Source of the DNA: Bacteroidota bacterium
Lineage (GTDB): Bacteria; Bacteroidota; Bacteroidia; AKYH767-A; OLB10
Direction of reading: 5' to 3'
Assembly: GCA_046049215.1 (NCBI GenBank)
Contig: JBJOER010000018.1
Location: 1-61,097, forward strand
DNA: 61,097 nt
Below are positions 25,732 through 34,012 of the stretch, piece by piece; position 1 is the stretch's first letter; each line of letters opens with the position of its first letter. A model generated the notes under the pieces. That model saw nothing but the letters and a program-made list of their open reading frames with translations, made no database searches and had not been told where the DNA came from. Made by a program: the position numbers and the translations under genes.

Positions 25732-27585
25732 ATGCGCCTCCGAATCCTGCTACTCGTTCTGTTCGCATGCCTGCTAGGCCGGGTTGATGCGCAAGACCCT
25801 CACTTTACACAGGCGTACCGACTACCTTCCTGGTATAATCCTGCGGCCGTCGGGGCTTCAACGGAAGCTATGCGTATTGCGGCCGTGTACCGAAACCAGT
25901 GGGCATCTGTTACAAGTCCTTTCCGCACAGAAGCATTCTTCGCTGAAAAACGAGTTGAACAGCACGGACTCGGGTTCAATCTGGTGAATAATCATGCAGG
26001 TCCGACCGGATTCCGTCAGTTGTATGTGGGAGGGCAATGGTCACTTTCCAAACAAATCGGGAAAAACCTCTTTTCGGCAGGTTTGCATCTTGGGATTATT
26101 CAGCGCAGCTTCGATCCTTCCCAAATGACTTTCGACGAGCAGTACTCCGCCGATCAGGGATCCTCCGCGGCACTTCCGCATTCAGAAAACTTTGCAGCCA
26201 TGAGCAGGCTTCGGCCGGATGCCGGACTCGGTTTCCTTTGGCGACATGCGGGTGAGGAGTCCTCGCGGTTCACTCCATTCGCCGGAGTCGGAGCCACCCA
26301 CCTGAATAAACCCCGCGAGACCTGGATTTTAGAAGAAGGCATCATCGAGCCACGGTATACTGCACAGGTCGGAACCGGATTTCGGATCTCCGAGACCGTT
26401 AGACTGGCATCCCTGATTCAATTTTCCAAACAGGCCGTCTCAAACGAACTCATGGCCTCCCTACGCGGTCAGATCAAGATCAATGAATCCAGTGATCTTG
26501 AAGGGATGCTTCTAATCCGAAATGCGGATGCACTGGCCTTCGGAGTTTCGTATCGCTGGGCCCAATACAGTATCGGAATGAGCTACGATGTCAACATCAG
26601 CGGTATATCGGGTGCACCGGGTGCTGCGGAAATCACGCTTGTTTACACGCCCGAGGTCCGTGCCAGGGCAAAGCGTGTAAAGAAATCTGCCGAGGTGAGC
26701 ATTGAGAAATCTGTTGAACAGATCGCCTCGGGTCCATTAGATGACACTGGTTCCAACGAAGATTCGGTTTCCGTCAATTCAACTCCTGCCGAGTTCATTG
26801 CAAATACAGAACTGCCTGAGTCCGATCAAAAAGTTGAGAATCCGATTTCAGAGGAAGTTCCCACCGCTACAAACACTCCATTGAGTGAGGCCATTGCTGC
26901 CATCCTTCCCTCCATCGGAACCCGAAGCGATTCGAGCCTGAGATCTCCGTCGCTTAATATGGAAAACACACCGAATCTCGCAGATATACTGGCAGCCTTT
27001 GCCGATGGCAGTGATTCATCAACCACGTATGCAAGTGAACAGATGCAGCCGGTTTCGCAGGGTGAACCGGTTGTCGCTCCAATCGCTGCATTGTCGATCC
27101 AACTCTTGACTACCGAATTCTCAGATCTTCCGGTAACGGTGAAGCGTATGGAGAAAACCTCGACGACCACTATGCCGATTGAATCGGAACCGGAATTGAC
27201 GCCGGTAGCCGTTGAGGTTGTAACCAACGTAGAACCGCAGGCTCCTGTTCAAAAGAACACACCGTTTAAAGAAATGGACCTGGTTGAGTTCGAACAGTGG
27301 ATCGGATTTGAGAAAGGAAGTACCAGGGTGCATGGATTGTACAAGTTGGACGTGATCGAGCCCGCTTTGGATCTGCTTCTTAACGATGCGGCCTTGAGCC
27401 TCGAACTGAGTATGCCGGAATCCGAAGGCCCGACGATCAGAAAAGGAATTGTCAAGGAAATTTTCGTGACCAAGGGCCTGGAACCTGCACGCATCCATAT
27501 TCTGCCTGATACACGAAACGGTTCCGATGTTTCCAAGGCTGCGCATAGCGGAGCAGTCAGGGTCAGAATCCTTCGCGGGAGGTAA
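25732..27585 (+). CDS. PorP/SprF-family T9SS membrane protein with a ~310-aa C-terminal extension (acidic S/T/P/E-rich linker plus a degenerate OmpA-like domain)
   Basis: The ATG lies one nt after the cargo stop. The N-terminal ~305 aa read AQDPHFTQAYRLPSWYNPAAVG..AAVYRNQWASVTSPF..GLGFNLVNNHAGPTGF.., which is the PorP/SprF signature. Residues ~305-520 are low-complexity and acidic. The last ~95 aa (IGFEKGSTRV..LDLLLNDAALSLELS..IRKGIVKEIFVTKGLEPARIHI..AVRVRIL) follow OmpA_C secondary-structure spacing. They lack the usual peptidoglycan-binding D/R residues. Confidence 0.85.
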   Translation: MRLRILLLVLFACLLGRVDAQDPHFTQAYRLPSWYNPAAVGASTEAMRIAAVYRNQWASVTSPFRTEAFFAEKRVEQHGLGFNLVNNHAGPTGFRQLYVGGQWSLSKQIGKNLFSAGLHLGIIQRSFDPSQMTFDEQYSADQGSSAALPHSENFAAMSRLRPDAGLGFLWRHAGEESSRFTPFAGVGATHLNKPRETWILEEGIIEPRYTAQVGTGFRISETVRLASLIQFSKQAVSNELMASLRGQIKINESSDLEGMLLIRNADALAFGVSYRWAQYSIGMSYDVNISGISGAPGAAEITLVYTPEVRARAKRVKKSAEVSIEKSVEQIASGPLDDTGSNEDSVSVNSTPAEFIANTELPESDQKVENPISEEVPTATNTPLSEAIAAILPSIGTRSDSSLRSPSLNMENTPNLADILAAFADGSDSSTTYASEQMQPVSQGEPVVAPIAALSIQLLTTEFSDLPVTVKRMEKTSTTTMPIESEPELTPVAVEVVTNVEPQAPVQKNTPFKEMDLVEFEQWIGFEKGSTRVHGLYKLDVIEPALDLLLNDAALSLELSMPESEGPTIRKGIVKEIFVTKGLEPARIHILPDTRNGSDVSKAAHSGAVRVRILRGR

Positions 27586-27607
27586 GCCCTAAAACCGGTA
27601 AAGCATC

Positions 27608-27615
27608 TATTTTTG
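27608..27615 (+). promoter_or_regulatory. Candidate -7 promoter box (TATTTTTG) upstream of the M28 peptidase gene
   Basis: The sequence matches TAnnTTTG and lies 23 nt upstream of the ATG at 27639. Confidence 0.3.
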
Positions 27616-27638
27616 GAAGATAAGCCCATCTTCCCGAC

Positions 27639-29027
27639 ATGACTCTTATCCGTCGTATTTGTTTGTCCCTGCTACTCACCGGGGCGTTCTCCATTGCCGC
27701 TTCGGCACAATCTTCTGATTCACTTGCCATCCGCCGCATTTACGACGAGGTGTTGACAAGCTCCCGTTGCTACGGGTGGTTGGATTTTTTAAGCAATCGA
27801 ATTGGAGGACGACTCAGCGGTTCACCACAGGCTGCGCAGGCAGTAGACTATGTCAAACTCGAGATGAATAAGCTCTTGCTTGATTCGGTCTGGTTGCAGG
27901 AGGTGATGGTGCCACACTGGCAAAGGGGTGAGGCTGAAGCAGGTTGGATGGTAGTGAAAGGGAAGAAAACACCGCTCAGTGTTTGTGCCCTAGGGGGAAG
28001 CATAGCGACTCCGACCGCCGGTATCAGTGCAGAGGTCGTGGAAGTGCACGATTGGGACGAACTCGAAAAACTGGGTGAACCCGGTGTGAAAGGCAAGATC
28101 GTATTCATGAATCACCCGATGAAACCCCAGTTCGTCAGCACCTTCGACGCGTATGGAGAAGCGGCGAAATACCGTGGAGGCACTGCCAGCCGGGCGGCAA
28201 AGCTTGGAGCCAAGGCGGTTATTGTAAGGTCAATGACTTTGGCTCTTGACGATCATCCACATACCGGCGGGATGTCGTACGTGGACAGTATTGCGAAGAT
28301 CCCGGCCTGTGCCATCAGTACCGTAGGAGCCGAGTTGTTGAGCAAGACGATCAAACAGGAACCCCGCACCGTTGCAGGGTTCAGGCAAAGCTGCCAGACC
28401 TTTGACGATACCTTATCGCACAACGTCATAGCTGAGATCCGTGGTAGCGAATTCCCGGACGAAATCATCGTCGTCGGGGGTCACCTGGATTCGTGGGATA
28501 ATGGTGACGGGTCACACGACGACGGAGCCGGTATCGTACAGTCCATGGAAGTGCTGCGCATATTCAAGTCACTTGGATTGAAACCTAAGCGAAGCATCCG
28601 TTTTGTCGCTTTCATGAACGAAGAAAACGGAGCCCGCGGTGGAAAGAAATATGCTGAAGCGGCCAAGTCCTCGTCGAAGCGACATGTAGCCGCCATCGAG
28701 TCGGATGCGGGAGGTTTCACACCCCGTGGGTTCACTTTCCGCGGAGATTCATCGAAGATGAACCGTGTCATGGCCTGGCAGCAGCTCTTTTATCCATACC
28801 TGCTTCGTGACTGGAGACCCGGCTGGGGCGGTGTGGACATCAATTTCATGGAAGATCAGGGGACCCTCCTCATCGGGTTCAGTCCCGATTCGCAGCGGTA
28901 CTTCGATGTTCACCATGCCGAGACCGATACGTTCGACAAGATCAACAAACGCGAACTGGAACTCGGTGCAGGCGCCATGGCGGCCCTGACCTGGATGATT
29001 TCTGAATACGGGGTTGACGGTTTATAA
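27639..29027 (+). CDS. M28-family zinc aminopeptidase with PA (protease-associated) domain
   Basis: A signal peptide is present. The PA-like insert reads GISAEVVEV..GKIVFMNH. M28 metal-binding blocks are VVGGHLDSWDNGDGSHDDGAGIV and FVAFMNEENGARGG. Confidence 0.85.
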   Translation: MTLIRRICLSLLLTGAFSIAASAQSSDSLAIRRIYDEVLTSSRCYGWLDFLSNRIGGRLSGSPQAAQAVDYVKLEMNKLLLDSVWLQEVMVPHWQRGEAEAGWMVVKGKKTPLSVCALGGSIATPTAGISAEVVEVHDWDELEKLGEPGVKGKIVFMNHPMKPQFVSTFDAYGEAAKYRGGTASRAAKLGAKAVIVRSMTLALDDHPHTGGMSYVDSIAKIPACAISTVGAELLSKTIKQEPRTVAGFRQSCQTFDDTLSHNVIAEIRGSEFPDEIIVVGGHLDSWDNGDGSHDDGAGIVQSMEVLRIFKSLGLKPKRSIRFVAFMNEENGARGGKKYAEAAKSSSKRHVAAIESDAGGFTPRGFTFRGDSSKMNRVMAWQQLFYPYLLRDWRPGWGGVDINFMEDQGTLLIGFSPDSQRYFDVHHAETDTFDKINKRELELGAGAMAALTWMISEYGVDGL

Positions 29028-29840
29028 CGCCGATGACCAGCCGAAATCGTCGGCATCCGTCAAGACCGGGAAACGTTTACGCAGGTCTTGCAGCGCTTTC
29101 CAGTCGAGTTCCACAGTGCAAATCCCCTGCTTTTTCGGACGGAGATCGCTGATCACACCGCCCAGCGGATCCAGTACAACGCTGTCGCCACTGTGATCCA
29201 CACCGTTCCCATCCGTTCCGATGCGGTTCACTCCTGCCAGGTAACACTGGTTTTCGATGGCGCGGGCGGAAAGGAGTTGTTTCCAGGCAAAACTTCTCGC
29301 GGCAGGCCAGTTCGCCACATACAAAAGGACGTCATAATCAGGGAGTGATTTGCCGTTTCGCTTGACAATCCTGTTCCTGCTCCACACGGGGAAACGAAGA
29401 TCGTAACAGACCATCGGACAGAATCCCCAGCCCTTGTATTCAATCACCAGACTGTCTGTGCCTGCGGTATACGTTTTGTCTTCTTTACCCATCCGGAACA
29501 AGTGCCGCTTGTCGTACTGGTCGTAGTGACCATCGGGCTCCATCCAGATGAAACGGTTAAAATAGCACCCATCCTCCTTGATCATGATCGATCCGCAAAC
29601 GGCCGCTTTCAATCCTTGTGCGGTTTCGAACATCCATTGCATCGACGGTCCTTCCATTTCTTCTGCCAGGCGCTTGGCGTTCATACTGAAACCCGTGCTG
29701 AACATCTCGGGAAGGACGATGATATCGGTCTCGCCTCTTTCCATTTTCGATAGGTTCCTGTACAGTGTTTTATAATTCGCCTGTGGGTCCTCCCAATACA
29801 GTTTGGTCTGGACGATGGAGAGACTTAGGTTCTTGGGCAT
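29022..29840 (-). CDS. Carbon-nitrogen hydrolase family amidohydrolase (YafV/omega-amidase-like)
   Basis: The Glu-Lys-Cys triad context is IIVLPEMFSTGF, YDKRHLF and CPMVCYDLRFPVW. The ~270-aa size and overall pattern fit nitrilase-superfamily branch YafV. Confidence 0.85.
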   Translation of the reverse strand: MPKNLSLSIVQTKLYWEDPQANYKTLYRNLSKMERGETDIIVLPEMFSTGFSMNAKRLAEEMEGPSMQWMFETAQGLKAAVCGSIMIKEDGCYFNRFIWMEPDGHYDQYDKRHLFRMGKEDKTYTAGTDSLVIEYKGWGFCPMVCYDLRFPVWSRNRIVKRNGKSLPDYDVLLYVANWPAARSFAWKQLLSARAIENQCYLAGVNRIGTDGNGVDHSGDSVVLDPLGGVISDLRPKKQGICTVELDWKALQDLRKRFPVLTDADDFGWSSAL

Positions 29841-29906
29841 ATCGAATCGTGTATTTCAACAAAGATAACCGGGATACAACACGATGGACTCGCTTACATT
29901 TACGGG

Positions 29907-31196
29907 ATGGAAAAGCGGGAGAGCCGACCGAAGGCGAAAATCCGGGGATCAGGACGTCCGGGGTTCTGGCGCTCATTGGGTCCCGGACTGGTTACCGGTG
30001 CAAGCGACGACGATCCTTCGGGCATTGCCACCTACTCGCAGGCTGGGGCCGCCTTTGGTTTGAGTATGCTTTGGACCGCAATCATCGCATTTCCCCTTAT
30101 GGCGGTCATTCAGCAAATGTGCGCCCGCATCGGCTTGGTCACCAGCGAGGGGTTGACCGGAACGCTCAAGCGGCACTACCCGCGTCCGGTGCTTGCACTG
30201 ATGCTGATCTTCAGTTTTCCGGCCATTGTGATGAACATCGGAGCGAACATCGCCGGCATGGGTGCGGTAGGAAATCTGCTTGTTCCATCCATTGACTCCT
30301 CGTTCTTCAGCGTGTTTTTCACGCTTCTGTTGCTTGGTCTGATCATTTATCTGCCCTATTTCAAGATGGCACGCATCCTGAAATACCTCTGCATCGTCAT
30401 GCTGGTGTATCTGATCGTGCCGTTATTGTATGAACAGGATCTGGCGCATATACTCCGCTCCAGTCTTGTACCGGAACTCAGGCTCGACAAGCAATTCATC
30501 GCCACCCTTGTGGCGGTTTTCGGTACAACTATTTCACCCTACCTTTTCTTCTGGCAGGCTTCTGTGGAGGTGGAGGAATACAAGAACAAGCGCGCCCATC
30601 TGGTGGTGGACAAGCGCATCATCAACACCATCAACAGAGATGTGGATGCGGGAATGGCTTTCTCCGGAATCATCATGTATTTCATCATCCTGACAACCGG
30701 AACCGTGCTGTACGGAAACGGTCTGCATAGCATAGATACGGTCGATCAGGCTGCGGCCGCGCTCGAGCCTTTGGCCGGCAAGGCGGCCTACCTGCTCTTT
30801 TCGATCGGCATCATTGGTACCGGTCTGATCTCCATTCCGGTACTCAGCGGATCTTTGTCGTATATCTTTTCCGAGACCTTCGGTTGGAAACAAGGTCTCG
30901 ACAAGAAATTCCATGAGGCTCGTGGATTTTACATCATCATTGCGCTTTCCCTTTTGCTGGGACTCTCATTGAACTACATCGGCATCACTCCCATGCAGGG
31001 ATTGCTTGTCACAGCCGTATTGTATGGAATCACTGCTCCTGTATTGATCGGTATCATCCTGCACATTTCCAATAACCGGAAGATCATGGGAGAATTCACC
31101 AATACAAGGTCGGAGAATCTGTTCGCAGGAGCTGCTCTATTGATCATGAGCGCCTGTGCGACGATGCTACTTTACCTCGAATTTTTTGCAGGCTGA
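29907..31196 (+). CDS. Nramp-family divalent metal cation transporter
   Basis: GPGLVTGASDDDPSGIATYSQAGAAFG is the DPGN-type first motif. There are about 11 TM helices, and the size fits the family. Confidence 0.85.
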   Translation: MEKRESRPKAKIRGSGRPGFWRSLGPGLVTGASDDDPSGIATYSQAGAAFGLSMLWTAIIAFPLMAVIQQMCARIGLVTSEGLTGTLKRHYPRPVLALMLIFSFPAIVMNIGANIAGMGAVGNLLVPSIDSSFFSVFFTLLLLGLIIYLPYFKMARILKYLCIVMLVYLIVPLLYEQDLAHILRSSLVPELRLDKQFIATLVAVFGTTISPYLFFWQASVEVEEYKNKRAHLVVDKRIINTINRDVDAGMAFSGIIMYFIILTTGTVLYGNGLHSIDTVDQAAAALEPLAGKAAYLLFSIGIIGTGLISIPVLSGSLSYIFSETFGWKQGLDKKFHEARGFYIIIALSLLLGLSLNYIGITPMQGLLVTAVLYGITAPVLIGIILHISNNRKIMGEFTNTRSENLFAGAALLIMSACATMLLYLEFFAG

Positions 31197-31199
31197 CCT

Positions 31200-32348
31200 T
31201 CAACAGTCGAAACTCCTCAATCTTCCCGCAGCCTCGTCCAGCATGGCATCCTCCTTGGCAAAACAGAAGCGAAGCAGCTTGAAATCCGACAGGTTGCTAT
31301 AGAAAACCGAAACCGGAATGGAGGCCACTCCGATCTCACGGGTAAGGCGTACCGCAAAATCACGATCGTTTTGATCGGTTAGTCCGGAATAACCCAATAG
31401 CTGGAAATAGGACCCCTGACACGGAAGCAGTTCAAAGCGGGAACCCTCCAGCAGTTTGCGGAAAAGGTCTCGCTTTTCCTGGTAAAAGGCCGGAATGCTC
31501 AGGTAATTCTCCGGTTTTTTCATGATCTCGGCAAAGGCATACTGCAAAGGGGTGTTCGCTGAAAACACGTTAAACTGATGCACTTTCCGGAATTCTTTCA
31601 TCAACTCAGCCGGCCCGAGGATATAACCCGTTTTCCAGCCTGTCGCATGATAGGTTTTGCCGAATGAAAACACGATCAGGCTCCGTGCGGCAAGGTCCGG
31701 ATGACGCGCAACACTTTCATGTCGGATGCCGTCGAACAGGATATGCTCATACACTTCGTCACTCAGGATGATGATATCCGTCCCTTCGGTGATGCGTCTG
31801 ATTTCGGCTATATCCGACGCGGTCAGAACGGTCCCTGTGGGATTCTGAGGAGTATTGATCATGATCATCCGTGTCCTGGGGTTTACAAGACTTCGGATAT
31901 GGTCCCAGTCGGGGCGGAAATCCGGAGGATGCAGTGAAACGGGAACCGGCGTGCCCCCGGCCATCAGGATGGAAGGGATATAACTGTCGTATGCGGGTTC
32001 GAGTACGATCACCTCGTCTCCGGGATGAATCAAGGCGTTGATGGCGGTGAACAAGGCTTGTGTTCCCCCCGCTGTGATGGTGATCTCTGTGTCCGGGTCG
32101 TAAGCAGCCCCATAAAGGTTTTCCATCTTTTCGGCAATCCGTTCCCGTAAGGGGCGTATGCCCGGCATAGGAGCGTATTGGTTATGTCCCTGCTGCATGG
32201 CCTCATGGACCAGTCCGATCAGTTCGGCAGATACCGGAAAGCCCGGAAAGCCCTGACTGAGGTTGATGGCACCGGTTTCAGCGGCAAGTCCCGACATGAT
32301 GGTGAAGATGGTGGTTCCGGCTTGGGGAAGTTTGCTGCGGATGTTCAT
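31200..32348 (-). CDS. PLP-dependent class I/II aminotransferase (YbdL-like methionine/glutamine aminotransferase)
   Basis: MNIRSKLPQAGTTIFTIMSGLAAETGAINLSQGFPGFP.. is followed by NQYAPMPG, ITAGGTQAL and INTPQNPTG. The PLP-lysine context is FSFGKTYHATGWKTGY. The longest ORF starts at 32399; the MNIRSKL start at 32348 is preferred. Confidence 0.85.
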   Translation of the reverse strand: MNIRSKLPQAGTTIFTIMSGLAAETGAINLSQGFPGFPVSAELIGLVHEAMQQGHNQYAPMPGIRPLRERIAEKMENLYGAAYDPDTEITITAGGTQALFTAINALIHPGDEVIVLEPAYDSYIPSILMAGGTPVPVSLHPPDFRPDWDHIRSLVNPRTRMIMINTPQNPTGTVLTASDIAEIRRITEGTDIIILSDEVYEHILFDGIRHESVARHPDLAARSLIVFSFGKTYHATGWKTGYILGPAELMKEFRKVHQFNVFSANTPLQYAFAEIMKKPENYLSIPAFYQEKRDLFRKLLEGSRFELLPCQGSYFQLLGYSGLTDQNDRDFAVRLTREIGVASIPVSVFYSNLSDFKLLRFCFAKEDAMLDEAAGRLRSFDC

Positions 32349-32428
32349 GGTGGAGGAGTGTGCATCCAAAAGTAATGGAGAAACCGGCTGCCGGGTCATG
32401 GTCTATCTTTGACAGAAGTTCGAATGCC

Positions 32429-33307
32429 ATGATGTCTCCATCCGATCAGTTTCGCAGCGCCTGGGAAGTTTCTTTCGGAAGGGTTCCTGAGATCACGCAC
32501 ATGCAGGTACTCGGCGGCGGCAGTATCAATAAGGTGTATCGGATGATCAGCGATGATGGCGATTTTGTCATGAAGCTCAACCGGTCGGATCGATTTCCCG
32601 GGATGTTTGCTGCCGAAGCCCGGGGCTTGGCCTTGCTTCGGGAGAAGTTGCAAACCGGTGTTCCCGAAGTCGTACTTGTGCAGGATACGGGTTCAGCGCA
32701 ATGTCTCGTTCTCGAATACCTTCAACCGCAGTCACCGCTTCCCGATCGCTGGGAGAGATTCGCGCATCGGTTAGCCTCGCTTCATCGGTGCACCTCAACC
32801 GGATTCGGACTCGACCACGATAACTGGATGGGGTCCCTGCCACAGACCAACGCCTGGATGAACAACCTTTCCGGATTCTTCCGGGAGCACCGACTCCAAC
32901 CTCAGGTGGATTGGGCCTTGTCGTCCGGGATGTTATCTGCAGCCGAGGCCGGTGAATTCGAAAGGTTGTATCATAAACTGCCCGGACTTCTTCCTTTCGA
33001 TGAGAGCGCTATTCTGATCCATGGCGATCTGTGGGCCGGTAACGTAGTGGATGGCCCCGATGGGGAGCTGTGGATGATCGATCCTGCCGTGTCGTATTCC
33101 TGCCGTGAAGCTGACCTGGCCATGACCAGATTGTTCGGTGAATTCCCTCCTGGATTTTACGAAGCATACGATGAAGCGCTGCCGCTTGTTCCGGGCTGGG
33201 AGGAAAGGGTGTCGTTATGGAACCTCTACCCTTTATTGGTGCATGTGAACCTGTTTGGTGAATCCTACTTGCCACCGGTTCGCCAGACTTTGGCCTACTT
33301 TCTTTGA
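32429..33307 (+). CDS. Fructosamine/ketosamine-3-kinase family protein
   Basis: GGGSINKVYRM is followed by LIHGDLWAGNVV..MIDPAVSYSCREADLAMTRLFGEFP..FYEAY. The end reads LWNLYPLLVHVNLFGESY. The longest ORF starts at 32360; the MMSPSDQ start is preferred. Confidence 0.85.
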   Translation: MMSPSDQFRSAWEVSFGRVPEITHMQVLGGGSINKVYRMISDDGDFVMKLNRSDRFPGMFAAEARGLALLREKLQTGVPEVVLVQDTGSAQCLVLEYLQPQSPLPDRWERFAHRLASLHRCTSTGFGLDHDNWMGSLPQTNAWMNNLSGFFREHRLQPQVDWALSSGMLSAAEAGEFERLYHKLPGLLPFDESAILIHGDLWAGNVVDGPDGELWMIDPAVSYSCREADLAMTRLFGEFPPGFYEAYDEALPLVPGWEERVSLWNLYPLLVHVNLFGESYLPPVRQTLAYFL

Positions 33308-33484
33308 ACACCTGCAAGAGAATGGGTTTGGTGTGGGTAGACCAAAATATCAAATCCGGCATTAATCATTTAATATACAGTGAATTGTGATCAAGATCGA
33401 TAACCTGTGGAGACCGGATCGGGAAGCTTTCAGTCTGAAAAACTATGTTTTACACAAAGATTGTTTCTACAACAGTTGCAAGTG

Positions 33485-33492
33485 TAACTTTG
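33485..33492 (+). promoter_or_regulatory. Candidate -7 box (TAACTTTG) 5 nt upstream of the MarR ATG (possible leaderless mRNA)
   Basis: The sequence matches TAnnTTTG. A TTG lies about 21 nt upstream at 33461-33463. TTGTttctACAA at 33461-33472 is a short inverted repeat. Confidence 0.35.
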
Positions 33493-33496
33493 CGGA

Positions 33497-33949
33497 ATGG
33501 CACGTATAGAAGAAGCAATCCACGTTCGGAAATTCAACGACGATTATGAGAAGGCGATGGTGAACGTGTTGTACACGGCCAGCTGGTTGGATGGCATTCA
33601 TTTGCAAAGGCTCAAGCCTGCGGGAATTTCCCCTCAGCAATTCAACGTCCTTCGCATCCTGAGGGGTGCATTCCCCACACCGCTACGGCTGACCGACATC
33701 ACCGAGCGCATGATCGACAAGAATTCGAACGCGACCCGTCTTGTGGAAAAGTTGCGGCAGAAGGCTTTGGTCAAACGCGAGGTCTGCAAGCACAATCGGC
33801 GGCAGGTCGATATTTGGATCACTGACAAAGGGCTGGAGCTCCTTTCTTCACTCGATGAGGGATTCAAGGAGTATACCCGGTCCATCATCCAATTGTCTAA
33901 AGACGATGTTGATCGTTTGAATGACTTGCTCGACAGGGCTCGCGGATAA
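33497..33949 (+). CDS. MarR-family transcriptional regulator
   Basis: The 150-aa product has the winged-helix pattern ISPQQFNVLRILRGA..PLRLTDITERMIDKNSNATRLVEKLRQKALVKRE....DRRQVDIWITDKG. Confidence 0.85.
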   Translation: MARIEEAIHVRKFNDDYEKAMVNVLYTASWLDGIHLQRLKPAGISPQQFNVLRILRGAFPTPLRLTDITERMIDKNSNATRLVEKLRQKALVKREVCKHNRRQVDIWITDKGLELLSSLDEGFKEYTRSIIQLSKDDVDRLNDLLDRARG

Positions 33950-34012
33950 GTTCGCCTTTTCTTAGTTTTACCTTGCTTTAACATTGTCTATACATCTCAC
34001 AACAATTAAATC

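Noticed and set aside
29841-29906. A possible Mn2+ (yybP-ykoY) riboswitch upstream of the Nramp transporter.
   Set aside because: The intergenic space is only 66 nt, which is too short for that aptamer, and I could not see its conserved motifs.
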